In this document: in pieces, positions 27,751 to 35,936 of the stretch
Layout: every line of letters begins with the position of its first letter
How positions within the stretch are numbered: the stretch's first letter is position 1
Origin: an uncultured Planctomycetaceae bacterium
Lineage (GTDB): Bacteria > Planctomycetota > Planctomycetia > Planctomycetales > Planctomycetaceae
DNA: 64,000 bases
Assembly (NCBI GenBank): GCA_963976765.1
Contig: CAXBME010000005.1
Coordinates: 248,001-312,000, forward strand
Reading direction: 5' to 3'
Notes under the pieces: model-generated
Seen by the model: only the letters and a program-made list of their open reading frames with translations
Told to the model about the DNA's origin: nothing
The model's database searches: none
Program-made: the position numbers and the translations under genes

Positions 27751-29082
27751 GTGACAACATCAAAGAAAAGAGTTTTAACAGCGGCGAAGCTGATCGAGAG
27801 CAGTGCTTTTAAGAATCTCCAGCCTATTGATCTTGCCTTTCAAAGCTGGAAATCTCAGAGGATACATCAAGAGAACATCATCCTGACTCTTTGGGCAATT
27901 ATTCAAAGAAACAAATCAAGAAATGCGTTCGTCAAGATTCACAGCACGAAGCTGCTTTCATACGGAGGGACCAACTACTCAAAGTATTTAGGCTGGCTAA
28001 TCAAAGAAGGATTCATCGAGAGACGCGGCCCATACATTCCAAATCATTCAAGCTGGAAGTACCGCATTCAGGAGAAAGGCCAGCAACTTGAAGAGTACGA
28101 ACTACTGACATCCAGAAAGTTCATGCCGTCTCCCAACTTGTCATCCATGACAGAAATCGAAAGCGAGACCTATCGAAACCTGATGAACTTGAAAATCGAT
28201 TTGGCTGAAGCAGAAGCCATATTCGCTGGCATCCGGCCAGCGGCACAGATTTCAGCAAGAATGGCAATCAATGAATTCGCCAATCAATCTTTCTGTCCTT
28301 CCCAATCAAACAAGACCGGGAGGGTTTCGTCAGTTGTGACCTATATGAACTCGCCATTAAGGGCTGCACTCACTTGGCACGGCGATGAAATCATGTCGGT
28401 GGATGTTGTGAATTCTCAACCGCTTTGTCTTGCGGCGATTGCTGACTGTCCGAAGTACCAATCCATTGTTGAATCGGGCCAGATTTATGAAGAGATTCAG
28501 CAGGGCATCGGGGTATCTGAAAGAGACTTGGCAAAGACAGCGTTCATGACCTTTGCCTATGGGCCAATCTGCAATTCAAAACCTGCGACCTACGGCAGAA
28601 CAGCAGAAGAGATTGCCCTCAACGATCCAGTCAAAAGAAAGTCGATCACTCGAAAAGCGGCCAGACTCAGAAAGAAAGGATTAGCAGTTCCTGATGAAGC
28701 AGCATTGAAAAAGAAACTCGAAACGAAGCGACTCAAGAAAGAACTCAGGGCCAGAACAGCAGAGTTCTTCAGAACGAAGTTTCCGAAAGCTGTCAAAGTT
28801 CTGGATTCGCTGAAGAGTGGATCGACCGAAAAGCCATATCGAAAAGCAGCATGGAAACTACAGCAGATTGAAGCCGAAGCCGTTATCGAAAGCTGCTTTC
28901 TGCCTTTGGCCCGGAAAGAGATTCCAGTGCTAAGCGTTCATGATTGCTTGCTTACAACGCCAGCCAGTGTAAGTGCCGTTGAGAATGCAATGTCAAAGGA
29001 GATAGCGGCTCACCTTGGCAAGATTGCTGGCCGAAAATGCGTGGTTGAACTCAAGACTACGAAATGGAGAAAACCTACCTAG
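27751..29082 (+). CDS. Minimal family-A-polymerase-like protein (wHTH-like N-terminus + palm/fingers, no exonuclease domain)
   Basis: TGRVSS, motif A-like SVDVVNSQP, motif B-like RDLAKTAFMTFAYG, LQQIEA, motif C-like LSVHDCLL; GTG start at 27751 after AAAGGA (443 aa). Confidence 0.75.
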   Translation: MTTSKKRVLTAAKLIESSAFKNLQPIDLAFQSWKSQRIHQENIILTLWAIIQRNKSRNAFVKIHSTKLLSYGGTNYSKYLGWLIKEGFIERRGPYIPNHSSWKYRIQEKGQQLEEYELLTSRKFMPSPNLSSMTEIESETYRNLMNLKIDLAEAEAIFAGIRPAAQISARMAINEFANQSFCPSQSNKTGRVSSVVTYMNSPLRAALTWHGDEIMSVDVVNSQPLCLAAIADCPKYQSIVESGQIYEEIQQGIGVSERDLAKTAFMTFAYGPICNSKPATYGRTAEEIALNDPVKRKSITRKAARLRKKGLAVPDEAALKKKLETKRLKKELRARTAEFFRTKFPKAVKVLDSLKSGSTEKPYRKAAWKLQQIEAEAVIESCFLPLARKEIPVLSVHDCLLTTPASVSAVENAMSKEIAAHLGKIAGRKCVVELKTTKWRKPT

Positions 29083-29266
29083 AACAAGAATAGAGAGAGA
29101 AGAGAGAGGGCTGCACCTAGGGTCTATGTTTTTCGTTTTGACAGATTTCGCCTCGTCACTGCGAGCATTGGCCGTGCCGACTGATCGATCACGGTCGAAC
29201 AACAGAAAGGAGAGTAAGCAATGACCTGACAAAGAATCACTGACTGAAAATCACGAAGTTGTGTTG

Positions 29267-29297
29267 GCCTCCCAGAATGGTCTGGAGAGGCTTTTTT
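29267..29297 (+). terminator. Intrinsic terminator
   Basis: GCCTCCCAGA-ATGG-TCTGGAGAGGC-TTTTTT. Confidence 0.75.
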
Positions 29298-29325
29298 CGT
29301 TTACCCGACTATTGAAGGATGTTTT

Positions 29326-29679
29326 ATGAGTTTGAATTCAAGTGAAGCAGCATGGTTAAGAAAAGTGCTGTTCATCATTGCCACGTATCATGATCAATGT
29401 GTAGCCCAAGCAGAGAAGGCTGGAGATCGTGCTGGAGTGAAGTATCACGCGGCAAAAGCGATTTGGTCTCGTGCTATTGGCGAGAACGCTGAATTTCGAC
29501 AAGGCGTGGAAACTGAAGAACTACGCGAGCTGGCTGGAGAACTGAGCGATCAAAGAAACCGGAGCTTGGAGTCTCTCGAATCAGGCGGAGAAGAATTGAT
29601 TGCAACGGAAACCAAAGAGCAATCAGAGATTGCTGAGTTCTGCCGGATCATGGAAAGGAGATGCCAAGAGAATATGTAG
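29326..29679 (+). CDS. Hypothetical helical protein (element-encoded)
   Basis: 117-aa ORF with GAAGGA RBS, flanked by terminators; no family recognised. Confidence 0.65.
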   Translation: MSLNSSEAAWLRKVLFIIATYHDQCVAQAEKAGDRAGVKYHAAKAIWSRAIGENAEFRQGVETEELRELAGELSDQRNRSLESLESGGEELIATETKEQSEIAEFCRIMERRCQENM

Positions 29680-29741
29680 CGTGAAAGCTGACTACTACGA
29701 ACTTATTCGCTGATTGATTTTCAGCATCGATATTGATTTTG

Positions 29742-29777
29742 CCCCGGTACAGAAGCCTCTGTTTCCGGGGTTTCTTT
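29742..29777 (+). terminator. Intrinsic terminator upstream of xis-int
   Basis: CCCCGG.ACAGA-AGCC-TCTGT..CCGGGG-TTTCTTT. Confidence 0.65.
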
Positions 29778-29823
29778 ATTTCATGTGTTTGTTTTTTCAG
29801 ATTACTCAAGAAGGATATTTCTA

Positions 29824-30069
29824 ATGAATGACGATGTTTCTAAAATTACCTTCGAACAGAGTTTGAGTCAGTCTTCAACTGACCAAACCGTATCTCGCAG
29901 CGATGTGAGCTTGCTGTCGAAGAAAGATATTTCCTGCCTGTTCCAGATCAGTGAACGACAAGTCACGAATCTGATGAAGACCCCCCGATTTCCGAAGAAG
30001 ATTAAGGGGCTTGGCAGAAGCGTTCGGTTCTCAGCCTCAGCGGTGAAGGAGTTCGTACAGAATGGCTAG
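29824..30069 (+). CDS. AlpA/excisionase-like HTH protein
   Basis: LLSKKDISCLFQISERQVTNLMKTPRFPKKIKGLGRSVRFS...VKEFV; overlaps integrase start by 8 nt. Confidence 0.85.
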   Translation: MNDDVSKITFEQSLSQSSTDQTVSRSDVSLLSKKDISCLFQISERQVTNLMKTPRFPKKIKGLGRSVRFSASAVKEFVQNG

Positions 30070-31357
30070 TCTTACCCAAACTCCAAAGGGACCGAAGATT
30101 CAACTGATTTGCCCAGACGGGAAACGACGCCCGATTTATCTGGGTGCGAAACTTACGAAACGACAAGCTGAATCTGTGCTGAGCTACGTCGAAAGATTGG
30201 CTCACTCTGTCGAAAGTAACACAGTTCCAGAGAGAGAAGTTTCTAAATGGCTCGGGGAAGTTCCCGAGAAACTCTATAAGAAGCTGGTTACATGTGGACT
30301 TGCAACGGCTCGTGAGAAGATCGTGAGCCAAACAATCGAGCGTCTGATTTCAGACTATGTGGCAAGTCGAAATGGAGTCGCAGAATCGACGATAGCCAGA
30401 TGGACGACTGTGACGAATCACCTGTTTGCCTACTTTGGAAAAGAGAAGCCATTAACCGAAGTGACGGCAGGGGATGCTGATGACTTCAGTGAGTATTTGA
30501 AGTCAAAAGGCACTGCTGACAACAGCCGCAGAAGATATCTCGGAATCGCAAAGCAATTCTTTACATGGGCTGTCCGCCACAAGCTGATTGCGGAGAATCC
30601 ATTTGCTGATCAGAAGACCTCAGTTGGTGACAGTGATCCCAAACGGCAGTTCTTCGTAGATCGCGAGTTGTCAGAAAGAATTCTTGAAACCTGCCCGGAT
30701 TCAGAATGGAAGCTGATCTTTGCTCTGATGAGGTTTGGCGGTTTACGTTGTCCAACAGAAGTTCTGAATCTTCGATGGGAAGACATTCTTTGGGGTAAGT
30801 CTCGATTTCGTATCTACAGTCAGAAGACAGATCAAACGAGATACTGTCCGATCTTTCCGGAACTCCTGCCGTATCTAAGTTCAAGTTTTGAATTAGCTGA
30901 TGACGGTGAAGAATTCGTGATTTCAAAACGACACGGGATGACGCATCGAGGATTGATTGCTCAGTACAAACGAATCCTGCATTTTGCTGCCGTAGATCAG
31001 TACCCGAAGCTGTTTCAGAATCTGCGGTCCACCAGACAGACGGAATTGACCCGTAAGTACCCGGCTCACGTCGTCTGTGAATGGCTCGGTAACAGTCATA
31101 AAGTCGCTCTGAAGCACTACCTGCAAGTTACAGACGAGGATTTCGAGGCGGCAGCCGCAAAAGTAGATCACTTGCCCGAAAAAGTAGATCACATAGTAGA
31201 TCAGCACCCGCACGCACCGACGAGAACCGAGCTACTCAGAAATGCAAAAAGCCCCGGAAAATCCGAGGCTTTGCTGAATGGTGCCGAGCGGTTCCGCTCT
31301 GTTCCTGTCGTAAAAGTGGGCGATGCAGGAATCGAACCTGCGACTTCCACCGTGTGA
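30062..31357 (+). CDS. Tyrosine recombinase/integrase
   Basis: SAM-like core-binding domain (ENPF), catalytic GGLRCPTE, SQKT, FQNLRST, WLGNS, KHYL; 3' end reads through the att repeat into antisense tRNA. Confidence 0.95.
   Translation: MASLTQTPKGPKIQLICPDGKRRPIYLGAKLTKRQAESVLSYVERLAHSVESNTVPEREVSKWLGEVPEKLYKKLVTCGLATAREKIVSQTIERLISDYVASRNGVAESTIARWTTVTNHLFAYFGKEKPLTEVTAGDADDFSEYLKSKGTADNSRRRYLGIAKQFFTWAVRHKLIAENPFADQKTSVGDSDPKRQFFVDRELSERILETCPDSEWKLIFALMRFGGLRCPTEVLNLRWEDILWGKSRFRIYSQKTDQTRYCPIFPELLPYLSSSFELADDGEEFVISKRHGMTHRGLIAQYKRILHFAAVDQYPKLFQNLRSTRQTELTRKYPAHVVCEWLGNSHKVALKHYLQVTDEDFEAAAAKVDHLPEKVDHIVDQHPHAPTRTELLRNAKSPGKSEALLNGAERFRSVPVVKVGDAGIEPATSTV
31159..31204. repeat. Three AGTAGATCA direct repeats, putative integrase arm-type sites
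   Basis: AAAAGTAGATCAC x2 then TAGTAGATCAG, inside the integrase 3' end next to the att repeat. Confidence 0.65.
31214..31329. repeat. Right att direct repeat (116 bp)
   Basis: Copy of 24717-24832; overlaps the tRNA 3' end and includes hairpin AAAGCCCCGGA-AAA-TCCGAGGCTTT, a likely minus-strand tRNA terminator. Confidence 0.95.
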
Positions 31358-31389
31358 AGATGGCACTCTAGCCGCTGAGTTAATCGCCC
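31317..31389 (-). tRNA. tRNA-Val (anticodon CAC)
   Basis: Reverse complement GGGCGATTAACTCAGCGGCTAGAGTGCCATCTTCACACGGTGGAAGTCGCAGGTTCGATTCCTGCATCGCCCA folds as a cloverleaf; CCA not encoded. Confidence 0.96.
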
Positions 31390-31401
31390 TTGAGTGACGG
31401 C

Positions 31402-31430
31402 GTTTTAGTCGGATTGACGAGGCACTTCAA
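31402..31430 (-). promoter_or_regulatory. Sigma70-type promoter for tRNA-Val
   Basis: Minus strand TTGAAG-17 nt-TAAAAC ending 12 nt before the tRNA 5' end. Confidence 0.55.
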
Positions 31431-31650
31431 CTCTTCAATCAGGTCTGATCACCGGTGTAACGTACCGGTTGTGCGGATCGAATCGGTGTGTTCGTGAGCA
31501 AAAATCCAAAGACAAATTGACGGTTGCAATCTTTGGCGGGTAACGTATCAACGATTTCTGATTGATTGGCGAGCCTCGCCATCCCACCTGAATCGCAGGA
31601 ACACACTTGCGTCCTGCACCTGCCTCACTCCTTCCTTCCGGGCACGCGCC

Positions 31651-34539
31651 ATGTTCAGCATTGCCGGAGCTAATACTCGCATCGTTACGCGGGTTGCCTT
31701 GACGCTTACTTTGTCTGTGTGGTTCGCGTTTGGTGAGATTCCTCGCGCCGCAGCGGATGACTCATTGCACGCCCGAATTGATCAATTGTCAGACCGGGCA
31801 GCTGTCGGGCCTCGCGGAGCTATCGTTGATGACCTCACATTTCTGCGACGGGTAACTCTTGATCTGACCGGCCAAATCCCGTCGATCGTCGAGGCTCGGG
31901 AATTCCTGGCCGATGAGTCCCCCGACAAACGCACACGAACCGTCGATCGCTTGATGTCGAGTCCGGCATTCTATCGGCACCTCGCTGTCGTATTTGACGT
32001 CATGCTGATGGAACGCCGTGGCGACAAGCATGTGAAGAGCGTCGAATTTCGTGCGTGGTTGCAGGATTTCTTTCAGCAGAAAAGACCGTACAACGAACTC
32101 GTTCACAGCCTGTTGTCGGCAGACGGTACGGACGAGAAGCAACGAGCGACGGCGGCATTCTTTCTTGAGCGGGATGTCGAGCCGAATCTGCTGACGCGCG
32201 ATCTCGGACGAATGTTCTTCGGCATCGATCTGCAGTGTGCCCAGTGTCACGATCATCCGTTGATCGATGACTACCATCAGACCGACTACTTCGGAACTTT
32301 TTCGTTCGTCAATCAACTGACTGTCTTCCAGCCGGATGCAAAGAAGCCGGCGTTGATCGGCGAAACCGTTAGCGGCCAGTCAGAATTCAAATCAGTTTTT
32401 ACCGAACGGGAAGCGGTCACGTCTCCGCGACTGCCGGGTGACGTCGAAATCGTCGAACCGGTTTTCACGATCGGCGATGAGTACACCGTGCGACCGGCAA
32501 AGACTGTTCGTCCCGTTCCGAAGTTCAGTCGGCAGATCAGACTGGCCGAGCTGATTTCATCCGGGCAGAACCCACTCTTCCGCCGCAACATCGTCAACCG
32601 ACTCTGGGGCATGATGATGGGGCGGGGGCTCGTCCACCCGGTCGACCAGCATCACTCCGAAAACCCTGCAACGAATCCTGCGTTGCTTGATCTGCTCAGT
32701 GATGAATTCGCGAGGGCAAATTACAATGTCCACTCGTTGTTGCGCGAGATTGCTTTGTCGCAAACTTACCAGCGATCATGGCAGTTGCCTTCAGACCTGT
32801 CACCATCGGTCGATGCTGCGGAGAAGGTACTCGCCGAGTTGAACGCTCTGATTACTTCTAACAACGCCCGGGTCGACGAGAAGCAGGCTGAGGCGACAGC
32901 AGCTCTCGAAGAACTGGACAAGGCACTTGCCGAAGCCAGACCATTGCGGACGGCGTTACAGAAGGCTGTCACTGCGGCGCAGGCCGAAGCTACCAAACTC
33001 GATACAGCAACCACTGCCGTAACGACTCATCAAGGTAACTTCGAGCAGAAGAATTCAGCGGCGGTTGCTGTCCGTGCAGCCGCTGCCAGCGCGCAGGCAG
33101 CTTCGATGTCGATTGCTGGCGACAAGGAACTGACAGCTTCGGCGAAGCTCCTGGACACGAAAGCGGTGAAGCTCGAAGCCGAAGCGGCAAAACTGAAGAC
33201 AGCACTTGACGCATCAATCAAGGCTGTCGCCGCCGCAGAAGCAAAACTCGCCGAGGCTAACAAGCCAGTTGAAGCAGCTCGCGCGGCACTGTCACCTGTC
33301 GAAGCGAAAGTTCGAGAGAGACGTGCGACCCATGTCGCACTCCGTGAAGAAATCCGGAAAACCCGGGAAGCCGCTCGCCACGCTCAACGGCGAGCACGAT
33401 TTCTCGAAACGGTCGTGAAACTTGACGCTGCTGAGAAATCGCTCGCCGACGCCGGACCGCAACTGGCCAGCGCCGAGCCGGTGAGCAAAGCGACGGAGGC
33501 CGAATACGTCGCTGCTGAGAAAGCTCGCCAAACTTCTGAATCACAAATGAAAGCGGCTGCCAGCGCGGCCACCACCGGCAAGGCTGAACTCGCCAGTCTG
33601 CAAAGACGCCTCAACGGATTGCAACTTGCTGATAAGTCGATTGGTGAGTCATTTTTAGCGGCAAGTGCAGCGGCAAAGTTGCTGAGCAGTGACTCCGATT
33701 TGTCTCAAACCGTTGTTGCGCTGACTGATGCCCAGAAGCGAATCGGCGGAGACCTGTCTGAAATGCAGACCCTGGTGGAAGCTCAACAGGTCGTCGCGTT
33801 GAAGTTGCAGGAACAGCTCGCGGTGTCGACCGCTGCGTTTGAGTCGGCATCTCAGAAAGCGGACGAGCTGAAAGATCGATCGGCTGAACTGGCCGCAACT
33901 GTTGCGAAACTTCGCGGACAGGTTCAACAGGCGAAGCTGACGATCGATGAGTCGTCGGACAAGGTGGTGCTCGAAGCGTCTTCTCACTTCAACATCGCAG
34001 TCGTTGAACCGCTGACTCCGGAACAGCTTGGCTGGAGCATTCTGCAGGCATCCGGACAGCTCGAACGGCAACGGGCTGCGGAACTCGCCAAACTCAACAA
34101 GGCGAAGCCGCTGACGTCGGAAGAGCAGAAGGACTCTGCAAAAACTGCCGAGCGGAACCGCGAGGCCGATGACGCCATGTATAAGTCGCTCAGTGCGAAC
34201 GTTGCGCGATTTGTGACACTTTTCGGAGGCGAAAAAGGACAACCTCAGGATGCCTTCTTCGCGACGGTGGAACAGGCTCTCTTCCTGGCCAACGGCGGGG
34301 AAATTCGAAACTGGCTTGCTCCTTCCGGAGATAACCTGACTGGCCGATTGCTGAAGCTGGAAGACCCAAAGGCGCTGGCCGAAGAACTTTATATCAGCAC
34401 GTTCACTCGACAGCCGCGTGCTGACGAGATTGTCGAAGTCACTAACTACCTTGAACAACGCAAAGACGATCGATCAGCCGCCATTCAGGAAATGGCCTGG
34501 GCACTGCTGACGTCGATCGAGTTTCGATTTAACCGTTAA
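31651..34539 (+). CDS. DUF1549/DUF1553 (PSCyt2/PSD1) protein with long coiled-coil insertion
   Basis: Signal peptide, FLRRVTLDLTG.IP, CAQCHDHP, NIVNRLW..MMGRGLV.PVD, terminal WALLTS.EF.FN. Confidence 0.92.
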   Translation: MFSIAGANTRIVTRVALTLTLSVWFAFGEIPRAAADDSLHARIDQLSDRAAVGPRGAIVDDLTFLRRVTLDLTGQIPSIVEAREFLADESPDKRTRTVDRLMSSPAFYRHLAVVFDVMLMERRGDKHVKSVEFRAWLQDFFQQKRPYNELVHSLLSADGTDEKQRATAAFFLERDVEPNLLTRDLGRMFFGIDLQCAQCHDHPLIDDYHQTDYFGTFSFVNQLTVFQPDAKKPALIGETVSGQSEFKSVFTEREAVTSPRLPGDVEIVEPVFTIGDEYTVRPAKTVRPVPKFSRQIRLAELISSGQNPLFRRNIVNRLWGMMMGRGLVHPVDQHHSENPATNPALLDLLSDEFARANYNVHSLLREIALSQTYQRSWQLPSDLSPSVDAAEKVLAELNALITSNNARVDEKQAEATAALEELDKALAEARPLRTALQKAVTAAQAEATKLDTATTAVTTHQGNFEQKNSAAVAVRAAAASAQAASMSIAGDKELTASAKLLDTKAVKLEAEAAKLKTALDASIKAVAAAEAKLAEANKPVEAARAALSPVEAKVRERRATHVALREEIRKTREAARHAQRRARFLETVVKLDAAEKSLADAGPQLASAEPVSKATEAEYVAAEKARQTSESQMKAAASAATTGKAELASLQRRLNGLQLADKSIGESFLAASAAAKLLSSDSDLSQTVVALTDAQKRIGGDLSEMQTLVEAQQVVALKLQEQLAVSTAAFESASQKADELKDRSAELAATVAKLRGQVQQAKLTIDESSDKVVLEASSHFNIAVVEPLTPEQLGWSILQASGQLERQRAAELAKLNKAKPLTSEEQKDSAKTAERNREADDAMYKSLSANVARFVTLFGGEKGQPQDAFFATVEQALFLANGGEIRNWLAPSGDNLTGRLLKLEDPKALAEELYISTFTRQPRADEIVEVTNYLEQRKDDRSAAIQEMAWALLTSIEFRFNR

Positions 34540-34549
34540 GGACCGAATC

Positions 34550-35821
34550 ATGAAGTGCGACTACTCATGCCAGACGAGCGAGCATCTCATCGCGCGACGT
34601 CAGTTTCTGGGCGGCATCACCGGTGGCTTTGTGGCCGGGGGGCTGGGAGCACTGACGACGCCCGTTTTTTCCGAGCAGCTCAAACGAAACAACATGCGGG
34701 TTCTGGTGGTCAATCTGGCCGGAGGACTGAGCCAGCTCGAAAGCTGGGATCCGAAGCCGAAGACCGACACCGGCGGCCCATTCCGAGCAATCCAGACTGC
34801 CGTCCCCGGAACGCAAATCTGTGAACTGCTGCCGAAGACGGCGTTGCACATGGACAAGCTGTCGCTGGTCCGCAGCATCAATACGAAGAACAACGATCAT
34901 GGAAAAGGCAGTTACCAGATGACTCACGGTCGCAATCAGATGCCCGGTACTGAGTATCCGCATCTTGGAAGCGTCTGTGCGAAAGCTCTGGAACGGTCCG
35001 ACAGTCCGTTGCCCGGTCACATCAAAGTTCCAGGTGGATCCCGAGGCAGCGACGCCGCGTACCTCGGCCCGAAGTACGCCAGTGTTGGTATGACCGGCAA
35101 GCCACCAGCCAATTCGGAGCGAGCCAGCAATCTGACCGAATCCGCCGACGCGTTGCGAAACTCTTTTCGACGCAAAGTGAACGATCAGTTTTCGCTTCAA
35201 CGACGCACGGCAGAAACCGACGTCTACACTCAGAGCTACGAACAGGCTCTGCAGCTGATGGAGAAACGCGACGTGTTTGACGTCGACAAAGAACCGGCGT
35301 CTGAGCATGAAAAGTATGGCAAGTTCGACTTGGGGAAACACTGCCTGATGGCCAGGCGGTTGCTCGAGAACGACATTCCCTTCGTGCAGGTTTCGCATTC
35401 GAACTACGACACGCACAACGAGAATTTCAACTTCCATCTCGAACAGCTCGGCGAGTTCGATCAGGCATTCTCGACGCTGATCACCGATCTGCGTGAACGA
35501 GGCATGCTGGAAACGACTCTTGTCGTGGTGATGTCAGAATTCGGTCGTACGCCGAAAATCAACGCTCGCTACGGTCGAGATCATTGGGGTTCGGCGTGGT
35601 CAGTTTGTCTGGGCGGGGCAAAAGTGCAGCCGGGGGCCGTCATCGGGAAGACCAACGAGAACGGCACCAAAGTCATCGATCGGGAAGTCGATCACGGCCA
35701 TCTGTTTCACACTTATCTGTCGGCAGTTGGTCTTGAATCATCCGACTCGTTCGATATCGGCGGACGCGAGCAGCCAATGGCTGATCCGGCCAGAGGGCCG
35801 ATCAGCGAACTGATTGCTTAG
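34550..35821 (+). CDS. DUF1501-domain protein
   Basis: RRQFL Tat-like motif, GGLSQLESWDPKP, CLMARRLLE, YDTH, SEFGRTP.IN, GRDHW. Confidence 0.92.
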   Translation: MKCDYSCQTSEHLIARRQFLGGITGGFVAGGLGALTTPVFSEQLKRNNMRVLVVNLAGGLSQLESWDPKPKTDTGGPFRAIQTAVPGTQICELLPKTALHMDKLSLVRSINTKNNDHGKGSYQMTHGRNQMPGTEYPHLGSVCAKALERSDSPLPGHIKVPGGSRGSDAAYLGPKYASVGMTGKPPANSERASNLTESADALRNSFRRKVNDQFSLQRRTAETDVYTQSYEQALQLMEKRDVFDVDKEPASEHEKYGKFDLGKHCLMARRLLENDIPFVQVSHSNYDTHNENFNFHLEQLGEFDQAFSTLITDLRERGMLETTLVVVMSEFGRTPKINARYGRDHWGSAWSVCLGGAKVQPGAVIGKTNENGTKVIDREVDHGHLFHTYLSAVGLESSDSFDIGGREQPMADPARGPISELIA

Positions 35822-35936
35822 AGCTCGCGTCACAAGAAACGATCGGGCCGGTTCCAACCGGCCATTCCGGACGTGCAGTGTGGGCGCTTCGGTCGGTAGA
35901 AATCGGCCTTGCTTATTTTTCGAAAGGCATTGTGGC

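Larger units (their letters stand above)
24717..31329. mobile_element. tRNA-Val-integrated element (6497 bp repeat-to-repeat), small integrative element or satellite-like
   Basis: Flanking direct repeats, tyrosine integrase plus Xis/AlpA next to the tRNA, visibly lower GC than flanks, all main ORFs on + strand, no virion or conjugation genes recognised. Confidence 0.92.

Noticed and set aside
24717..31329. Prophage, ICE or retron/DRT label
   Set aside because: No structural, terminase, relaxase or T4SS genes, and no reverse transcriptase YxDD motif
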